Origin: an uncultured Syntrophomonas sp.
GTDB lineage: Bacteria > Bacillota > Syntrophomonadia > Syntrophomonadales > Syntrophomonadaceae
Reading direction: 5' to 3'
Assembly (NCBI GenBank): GCA_964422685.1
Contig: CAYRCG010000001.1
Span: 1-46,051, forward strand
DNA length: 46,051 bases
The position numbers were made by a program, and so were the translations under genes. The notes under the pieces were generated by a model that was given only the letters and a program-made list of their open reading frames with translations, was not told the origin of the DNA and ran no database searches. Position 1 is the first letter of the stretch, and the number at the start of each line of letters is the position of its first letter. Positions 40,022 through 46,051 of this stretch are shown one piece after another.

Positions 40022-40128
40022 TTCTTAAATAGAGCATCGTCTATTTACCGGTTGGTCTTAATTACAACATAAGCTGTGGACTGTAACAGCATTTGTTATA
40101 TAATAAAGATAATTGATCGCGAAAGGGA

Positions 40129-41301
40129 GTGGAAAGTGTAGTGGATGGGAATAACCGGTTACCGAAAACTTTAAAATTTTTGTTGGTTATAGTTCTCACG
40201 GTTTTTATCGGAGGCCTCTGTCTAGTTTCATGCAATTTTTGTACTCACCAGGCAAATGATGAAAACAAAATACAGGCTCAATCCATTGAGCAGAGATTAA
40301 ATACCGCGGTGCTAGGACCGGTTAGCATAGCTGACATGGTGGAAAAGGCCAGCCCGGCAGTAGTAAATATCGAAACTACAGTAGTGGGAAAAAGCTTCAA
40401 CGGTAATGATTTCTTCAGCGACCCCTTCTTCCGGCAGTTTTTCGGCAATGATATAGTAATTCCGCGCCAAAACGAACGACACGGCATCGGGACGGGCTTT
40501 ATCATCAGTGAAGAAGGCTATGTTATAACTAACCAGCATGTTATAAATGAAGCTACCAAAATAAGCGTTAATCTTGACGGCGATAAAAAGTACCCTGCCC
40601 GGGTCGTCGGTCAGGATTATGATTTGGATCTGGCGGTATTAAAAATAGATGTCAAAGAGAAACTAGCTACCCTAAAGATGGGTGATTCTGATGCCTTGCG
40701 AGTAGGGGAATGGGTAGTTGCCATCGGTAATCCGTATGGATTAGACCATACGGTTACAGCCGGGGTGGTCAGTGCCAAAGGCAGACCCATCCAGATAGAA
40801 AACCGGGCATATAAAAATTTAATTCAAACCGATGCGGCCATAAACCCCGGTAATAGCGGAGGACCACTTCTAAGTACTAAAGGTGAGGTAATCGGAATAA
40901 ATACAGCGGTCGATGCGCAGGCACAGGGGATTGGTTTTGCTATTTCCATAAATACGGCCAAAGATGTATTGGACGAGCTGATCAGCAAGGGCAAGGTGAT
41001 CCGACCCTATATCGGGGTCTGGTTAGAACCGGTAGATGAAAGATTAGCCAGCCAACTTGGAGTAAAACAAGCCGGAGGCATGGTAATAGCTAATGTAGTC
41101 GCAGGTGGGCCTGCTGCCCGGGCGGGGCTGCAGGTATATGACATAATACTTAAGGTGGAGAATAAGGCTATTAGTAATTACGATGAATTACAGGAGGTTT
41201 TGAAAAGTAAACGGGTAGGTGATAAAGTACAACTGGAAATAGTCAGGAATCAGAAAACATTGCAAATAACCCTTAATTTGGCGGAAAAGCCCAACAACTA
41301 A
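40129..41301 (+). CDS. htrA: HtrA/DegP-family S1C serine protease with PDZ domain
   Basis: N-terminal TM, TNQHV, DLAV, QTDAAINPGNSGGP and one C-terminal PDZ domain. Confidence 0.93.
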   Translation: MESVVDGNNRLPKTLKFLLVIVLTVFIGGLCLVSCNFCTHQANDENKIQAQSIEQRLNTAVLGPVSIADMVEKASPAVVNIETTVVGKSFNGNDFFSDPFFRQFFGNDIVIPRQNERHGIGTGFIISEEGYVITNQHVINEATKISVNLDGDKKYPARVVGQDYDLDLAVLKIDVKEKLATLKMGDSDALRVGEWVVAIGNPYGLDHTVTAGVVSAKGRPIQIENRAYKNLIQTDAAINPGNSGGPLLSTKGEVIGINTAVDAQAQGIGFAISINTAKDVLDELISKGKVIRPYIGVWLEPVDERLASQLGVKQAGGMVIANVVAGGPAARAGLQVYDIILKVENKAISNYDELQEVLKSKRVGDKVQLEIVRNQKTLQITLNLAEKPNN

Positions 41302-41341
41302 GGAGACAAGAGATCAGAAACCCCAAAAATATGCCAGATTC

Positions 41342-41370
41342 GGTGGGCTAGAATCCCACCTTCTTGTTTT
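41342..41370 (+). terminator. Putative terminator after htrA
   Basis: GGTGGG-ctagaat-CCCACC followed by TTCTTGTTTT. Confidence 0.6.
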
Positions 41371-41509
41371 GCGTTAACCGTAAGGCAAAACGTAGAAGCC
41401 TTTGCTTACTATTTAGCTGTAGGCGGTTGTGGTGGTTGGTTCCCGCAACGGCAAAAATGGATAAAACTACGGGACAGATTGTAAAGATTTATTTAAGTAA
41501 GGAGGGAAC

Positions 41510-42613
41510 ATGATGGATGAAATTCGCCATATAGGAATACTAACCGGTGGGGGAGATTGTCCGGGATTAAATGCCGTAATACGCGCTATTTCCAAAACAG
41601 CCATCGCGTATGGGGTGGAAGTTATCGGCTTTATTGATGGTTTTAAAGGATTAGTGGAAAACCGTTACATGCAGCTTGATTTGCGCGTGGTATCCGGAAT
41701 TAGTCATACCGGCGGTACTATTCTTGGTACCAGCAACCGGGACAACCCCTTTCAATTCTGCGTCACTAGTAGTGAAGGTGTCTCCCATCATACTGATGAA
41801 TCCGATAGGGCTATCGCCAACATGGAGCACTTAGGATTGGATGGTTTGATAGTAATAGGAGGAGATGGGAGCCTAAACATCGCGGATCGCTTCTCCGAAA
41901 AGGGAGTGCCCATTGTGGGGGTACCCAAAACCATCGACAACGATTTGTCGGCTACCGATGTGACTTTTGGTTTTAATACTGCGGTTAACACTGCTTCGGA
42001 AGCATTAGATAGACTTCATACCACCGCTGAATCACATCACCGGGTAATGGTTTTGGAAGTAATGGGGCGTTACGCGGGATGGATAGCTCTCCACGCAGGT
42101 ATTTCCGGCGGGGCAGATGTTATTTTGATCCCCGAAATACCCTATAATATGGACTTTGTTGTTAGTAAGATAACGCAGCGCTATCGTCAGGGAAAGAACT
42201 TTAGCATCATTGTCGTAGCTGAGGGGGCAATCCCCGAAGGCGGAGAAATGGTTGTTAAAAATCTAGTGGCCACAAGCCATGATCCTATAAGACTCGGGGG
42301 AATAGGCCAGAAAGTAGCCGAGGACATCGGTAATCGATTACAAAACATTGAGGTTAGGGTGACTGTTCTCGGTCATATACAGCGTGGCGGTTCCCCCATA
42401 CCCTATGACAGAATACTTTCTACCCGCTACGGTGTGGCTGCAGTGGATGCTTTTATGGCTAGGCAATTCGGTACCATGGTGAGCTTGCAGGGTGATATGG
42501 TAGCTGCGGTGCCGATAAAAGAGGCCATAAAGGAAATCCGGCAAGTGAAACCGGAAAGTGATATCGTAAGGGCAGCCCGGGCTGTAGGTATTAGTTTTGG
42601 AGATAAGTATTAG
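41510..42613 (+). CDS. pfkA: 6-phosphofructokinase (GGDG/PKTIDND, predicted ATP-dependent)
   Basis: GGGDCPGLN, GGDGS, PKTIDND, MGR and LGHIQRGG motifs. Confidence 0.92.
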   Translation: MMDEIRHIGILTGGGDCPGLNAVIRAISKTAIAYGVEVIGFIDGFKGLVENRYMQLDLRVVSGISHTGGTILGTSNRDNPFQFCVTSSEGVSHHTDESDRAIANMEHLGLDGLIVIGGDGSLNIADRFSEKGVPIVGVPKTIDNDLSATDVTFGFNTAVNTASEALDRLHTTAESHHRVMVLEVMGRYAGWIALHAGISGGADVILIPEIPYNMDFVVSKITQRYRQGKNFSIIVVAEGAIPEGGEMVVKNLVATSHDPIRLGGIGQKVAEDIGNRLQNIEVRVTVLGHIQRGGSPIPYDRILSTRYGVAAVDAFMARQFGTMVSLQGDMVAAVPIKEAIKEIRQVKPESDIVRAARAVGISFGDKY

Positions 42614-42681
42614 GAAATCTGCGCTTTAGGCAAGCAATGCTCATAAATCCGAAATCGCGAAACGAAAGGGGGGAGTCTGCC

Positions 42682-43569
42682 GTGAGGATGAATAAAATTG
42701 CCGTATTAGGTGCCGGAATAATGGGTGCGGGTATTGCCCAGACACTGGCGCAGGGCGGATACAGTGTAATCATGCGGGATTTACAAATAACCTTGGTTAA
42801 GGATGGACTTCGGACCATAGAAAAAAACCTGGAAAAAGAAATAATCAAAGGGGCTTTACTTTCCGAGGAAAAAGAGAATATTATGGGGAGGATTCAAGGC
42901 TCAACCGATTTAGCGATTTTGCATGATGTAGATTTAGTGATCGAGGCGATAGTAGAAAACATGGCTGTGAAGAAACAAATCTTTGCGGAACTGGATAGTT
43001 TATGTCCTCCCCATAGCATATTAGCAACTAACACCTCATCCCTATCTATAGCCGAAATTGCCTCAGTTACCCGAAGGCGGGACAAGATATTAGGCCTGCA
43101 CTTTTTTAATCCGGTGGCAAAAGTCAAATTGGTAGAGGTAATAAAAAGCATCGATACCTCTTTCGAAACCTTGCACACGATGCGTGATTTTGTAAGAGGC
43201 TTGGGAAAACATCCGGTGATCGTTAACCGGGAAAGTCCCGGTTTTATAGTCAACCGTATTCTAATCCCCTATCTGAACGAGGCTATATGGGTTTATGGCG
43301 AGGGTTTAGCGGACAAGGAAGACATTGATCTGGCCATGAAATTGGGTACAGGAATGCCACTAGGACCTTTGGAGTTGGCAGATTCAATCGGCTTAGATAA
43401 TTTGTACGCTAACCTCCAGGTTTTTTGCGATGAATTTAAAGATTTCAAATATAGACCTCATATCTTATTTTCTACTATGGTGCGGGCAGGTCATTGGGGC
43501 AAGAATAGTGGCCGGGGGTTCTATGATTATTCCGTAACGGAGGAAGGAAGACGGAAAACAGTGTTTTGA
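42682..43569 (+). CDS. hbd: 3-hydroxybutyryl-CoA / 3-hydroxyacyl-CoA dehydrogenase
   Basis: GAGIMGAGIA, IEAIVE, NTSSL, HFFNP, PGFIVNR and G.GFY motifs; start GTG 42682 or ATG 42688. Confidence 0.9.
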   Translation: MRMNKIAVLGAGIMGAGIAQTLAQGGYSVIMRDLQITLVKDGLRTIEKNLEKEIIKGALLSEEKENIMGRIQGSTDLAILHDVDLVIEAIVENMAVKKQIFAELDSLCPPHSILATNTSSLSIAEIASVTRRRDKILGLHFFNPVAKVKLVEVIKSIDTSFETLHTMRDFVRGLGKHPVIVNRESPGFIVNRILIPYLNEAIWVYGEGLADKEDIDLAMKLGTGMPLGPLELADSIGLDNLYANLQVFCDEFKDFKYRPHILFSTMVRAGHWGKNSGRGFYDYSVTEEGRRKTVF

Positions 43570-43675
43570 AAAAGTCCCCAGCCAATAGATGCTCAACAAG
43601 GTAATTAATGCCTAAGGGGTTTGCGCCTTTTGGTACATAGGTGGTTAAAAGGGTATAAAAGGGGGAGGAATCAAA

Positions 43676-44512
43676 TTGACTTATAAAAGCAATAATACTT
43701 TTGGTTTGCTTTTCGGGTTGGGAATGGGTTTAATCGTATTTGGGTTTTCCTTTTGGGGTATCGGCTATTCCTTAGGGGCGGATGATAAAACCCTGAAAAT
43801 AATGCTATATATCCCCGCCTTCCTCTTTTTTGCGTTCTATCTAGCCTTAATCATCGGGCTGGCAAATATGGGTTACAGGGTTGAAGATATTGGTCTGACA
43901 ATTAAATGGGGGGTATATTCCAAGACCATACCCTGGTCCGAAATTAACGAAATTATTCTGGTGGAAGGGCAAAGTAATATCTTCTCTCTTTTAGGAATAA
44001 GCTGGCCCGGGTATATGATAGGAATCTTTTCGGTTAAAGGTTTGGGTGCGTTGAGGATGTTTGCTACCAATACGCAAAAGGGCTTTATCTATTTAAAGAC
44101 CAGCCAAGGATATTATGGACTAACCCCAATCGATACAGATAATGAGATGATAAAGCAAATCATGATTAAGACGAAAAAAGAAATGCAGACACTAGATATG
44201 GCAGCAATTCCGGAAGATACCAAAGGAAAAAGCATTCATAGTGATCGCTTTTATAAAATTTTATATTATTCAAACATCTTGTTCCTTTTTATATTTGCAG
44301 CTTATCTGGCTATTATCTTTCCCGGCTCGGGGGCCCCGAAATTTATGATACTATTATTAGTTCTGGCAGTAGCACTGTTCTTTTTCGGTACGGGCAGTGC
44401 AAATCGCTTATATCAGTTTAGCGAACAGGGTGCTTGCGTCTTACTTCTGCTTACGTTAGCTGTAACAGGGATATTTTTCATTCTCACGCTACTAGGGATT
44501 AGTTCTATTTAA
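43676..44512 (+). CDS. Membrane protein with bacterial PH-like domain
   Basis: Two TM segments, beta-rich IPWSEI/G.F.V.GLG/YGLTP region, then three TM segments; GGAGG RBS. Confidence 0.65.
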   Translation: MTYKSNNTFGLLFGLGMGLIVFGFSFWGIGYSLGADDKTLKIMLYIPAFLFFAFYLALIIGLANMGYRVEDIGLTIKWGVYSKTIPWSEINEIILVEGQSNIFSLLGISWPGYMIGIFSVKGLGALRMFATNTQKGFIYLKTSQGYYGLTPIDTDNEMIKQIMIKTKKEMQTLDMAAIPEDTKGKSIHSDRFYKILYYSNILFLFIFAAYLAIIFPGSGAPKFMILLLVLAVALFFFGTGSANRLYQFSEQGACVLLLLTLAVTGIFFILTLLGISSI

Positions 44513-44569
44513 TTCAAGGTTTACAATATTTATAATTATGTCAACTACTTTGCAGAGAGGAACTTTATT

Positions 44570-45634
44570 ATGCAATTAGGAATAATAGGGATACCTTCGG
44601 TTGGTAAAACAACTGTTTTTGAATTATTAACCGAAAGCCGCGAAAGGGCGCATAGCATTGGGAAGGCAAATATGGCTATGGCGCGTATACCTGATGAGAG
44701 AATCGATTTTTTGTCCCGGCTATATTCCCCCAAGAAAACCACTTATGCCCAACTTGAGGTCGTTGATATACCGGGTTTAATTCCGGGTACGGAAAAGGCC
44801 GCGGCGCTTTTCCTGGATAGTGTGCGCAAAGCAGATGCCCTGCTTCATGTTGTTCGTATTTTTGAAGACCAAGGGATCCCTTCCTTCAACAATGAGATTA
44901 ACCCCGTAAAAGATATAGAAACTATCAATTATGAATTATTGCTAGCTGATTTAGATTTAATAGAAAAGAGAATAGATAGAATAAATAGTAGCAAAAAGAA
45001 AAACCAGCAACAAAAGGAGCTGGATTTATTAGCACGGTTGAAATTAGCGGTAGAGAACGAAGCAGCTATTTCCTCGTTGCCATTAAACGATGAGGAAGAA
45101 GATATAATGCATAATTACCAATTTCTCACCACCAAACCCTTAATGATTTGCCTTAATGTAGGAGAAGAACATTTAAGTCGGGCTGATTATCCGCAAAGGA
45201 ATGAACTTATGGATTTTGCCCAGCTTAAAGGATATCCGGTGGTAGAATTGTCAGCCAGCATTGAACGGGAAATAGCCGATTTAGATGGCGAAGAAAAGCA
45301 TGTTTTCATGAAAGAAATCGGCATAGAAGAAGCCGGTATTATAAAAATATCCCGCAGCATGTACTATCTTCTGGGTCTGATTTCTTTTTTCACAGTAGGA
45401 GACGATGAAGTCAAAGCCTGGACCATCAGTAAAGGGGATAAAGCAAGGAAAGCTGCGGGGAAAATCCATTCTGATATAGAACGCGGTTTTATAAGGGCTG
45501 AGGTAGTGGATTACCGAGACCTGAAGGAACTAGGCAATATGCAAATAGTAAAGGAAAAAGGGCTATTTCGCCTGGAGGGAAAAGAATACTTGGTAAAGGA
45601 CGGAGATATTATACACTTCCGTTTCAATGTATAG
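44570..45634 (+). CDS. ychF: YchF-like (Obg family) ATPase with TGS domain
   Basis: GIPSVGKTT, DIPGL, FLTTKP, SFFTVG.DEVKAWT, AGKIHSDI.RGFIRAE, EGKEY.V.DGD and FRFNV motifs. Confidence 0.88.
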   Translation: MQLGIIGIPSVGKTTVFELLTESRERAHSIGKANMAMARIPDERIDFLSRLYSPKKTTYAQLEVVDIPGLIPGTEKAAALFLDSVRKADALLHVVRIFEDQGIPSFNNEINPVKDIETINYELLLADLDLIEKRIDRINSSKKKNQQQKELDLLARLKLAVENEAAISSLPLNDEEEDIMHNYQFLTTKPLMICLNVGEEHLSRADYPQRNELMDFAQLKGYPVVELSASIEREIADLDGEEKHVFMKEIGIEEAGIIKISRSMYYLLGLISFFTVGDDEVKAWTISKGDKARKAAGKIHSDIERGFIRAEVVDYRDLKELGNMQIVKEKGLFRLEGKEYLVKDGDIIHFRFNV

Positions 45635-45673
45635 GGTATAGGCACCTCGAAACCACTACCCCTAACCGTTACA

Positions 45674-45702
45674 AAATAATCTGGCTAGTAGCCAGATTAT
45701 TT
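45674..45702 (+). terminator. Terminator after the ychF-like gene
   Basis: AAATAATCTGGCT-agt-AGCCAGATTATTT, a perfect inverted repeat. Confidence 0.8.
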
Positions 45703-45732
45703 GTATTTAGCTTAAATTTAGTGCCGCTTCGC

Positions 45733-45759
45733 ACCTAGCATTTTTATAAATCATATTAT
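45733..45759 (+). promoter_or_regulatory. Sigma-K-type promoter of the third YheC/D gene
   Basis: AC(45733-34)-N17-CATATTAT(45752-59). Confidence 0.55.
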
Positions 45760-45790
45760 GAAATAAATAAAGCAATAAAGGAGTCCCATA

Positions 45791-46051
45791 ATGCGCAAAA
45801 ACGGTAAGTATATATGCACGGTAGGCGTATTAAGCGGCAATCAAAAACCCCGGCGCAACCTCCCCCGGGCAAAGAAAGCCCGGATTATGAGGGAAATGAT
45901 GACATATGCAGAAAACAGGCGAGTGCTTGTTTATGTTTTCTATACTTTTGATGTAAACTGGCAGCAAAAGGCAATAAAAGGCCTTCGCTATAGTGGGGGC
46001 AAATGGCTGAGGGAAACCTACCCCTTTCCGGATATCGTATATAACCGTATT
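45791..46051 (+). CDS. YheC/YheD family protein, 5' part (runs off the window)
   Basis: AAAGGAG RBS; MRKNGKYICTVGVL...DVNWQQKAIKG...WLRETYPFPDIVYNRI matches the N-terminal P.PD.VY.R motif of the family. Confidence 0.8.
   Translation, partial: MRKNGKYICTVGVLSGNQKPRRNLPRAKKARIMREMMTYAENRRVLVYVFYTFDVNWQQKAIKGLRYSGGKWLRETYPFPDIVYNRI

Noticed and set aside
41383-41490. Possible c-di-GMP-I riboswitch before pfkA (GGCAAA, AAAACTACGGG)
   Set aside because: The GNRA-capped P2 stem and the GCAAA junction are not arranged as required.
768-45469. Many 60-180 aa antisense or alternate-frame ORFs in the track
   Set aside because: They lie within well-supported genes and have no RBS or family motifs; treated as shadow ORFs.
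1-46051. CRISPR array, transposase, retron or other recognised defence locus
   Set aside because: No regularly spaced repeats or diagnostic proteins seen; intergenic gaps are short.

Overview
About 46 kb of mostly core chromosome from a low-GC, anaerobic, sporulation-gene-bearing Firmicute. The butyrate-type CoA transferase, 3-hydroxyacyl-CoA dehydrogenase and futalosine menaquinone genes suggest a Syntrophomonas-like clostridium (inference). Contents: tRNA-Arg(CCG, truncated) and tRNA-Trp, an MFS exporter, spoIIP, ahcY, a DinG helicase, addB and addA separated by an unknown 428-aa gene, ypmA-lepB-surE, an EF-G paralog, MscS, ddl, mqnE-mqnA-mqnC plus a divergent MTAP-fold enzyme, UPF0182, a TudS(DUF523)/ThiI-like pair, three YheC/YheD ATP-grasp genes, HtrA, Pfk, Hbd and a YchF-like ATPase. 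I found no integrase, transposase, prophage or CRISPR array. Reading intergenic DNA gave small genes missing from the ORF track: a 21-aa SpoVM homolog, a 24-aa membrane peptide and a 59-aa YpmA. Best leads: (i) the MTAP-fold enzyme as a possible MqnB replacement; (ii) the gene inserted between addB and addA; (iii) the thiouridine writer/eraser pair; (iv) an orphan holin-like gene behind a sigma-K-like promoter; (v) a YchF paralog lacking switch I. All family calls come from motif recognition by eye, with no database searches.
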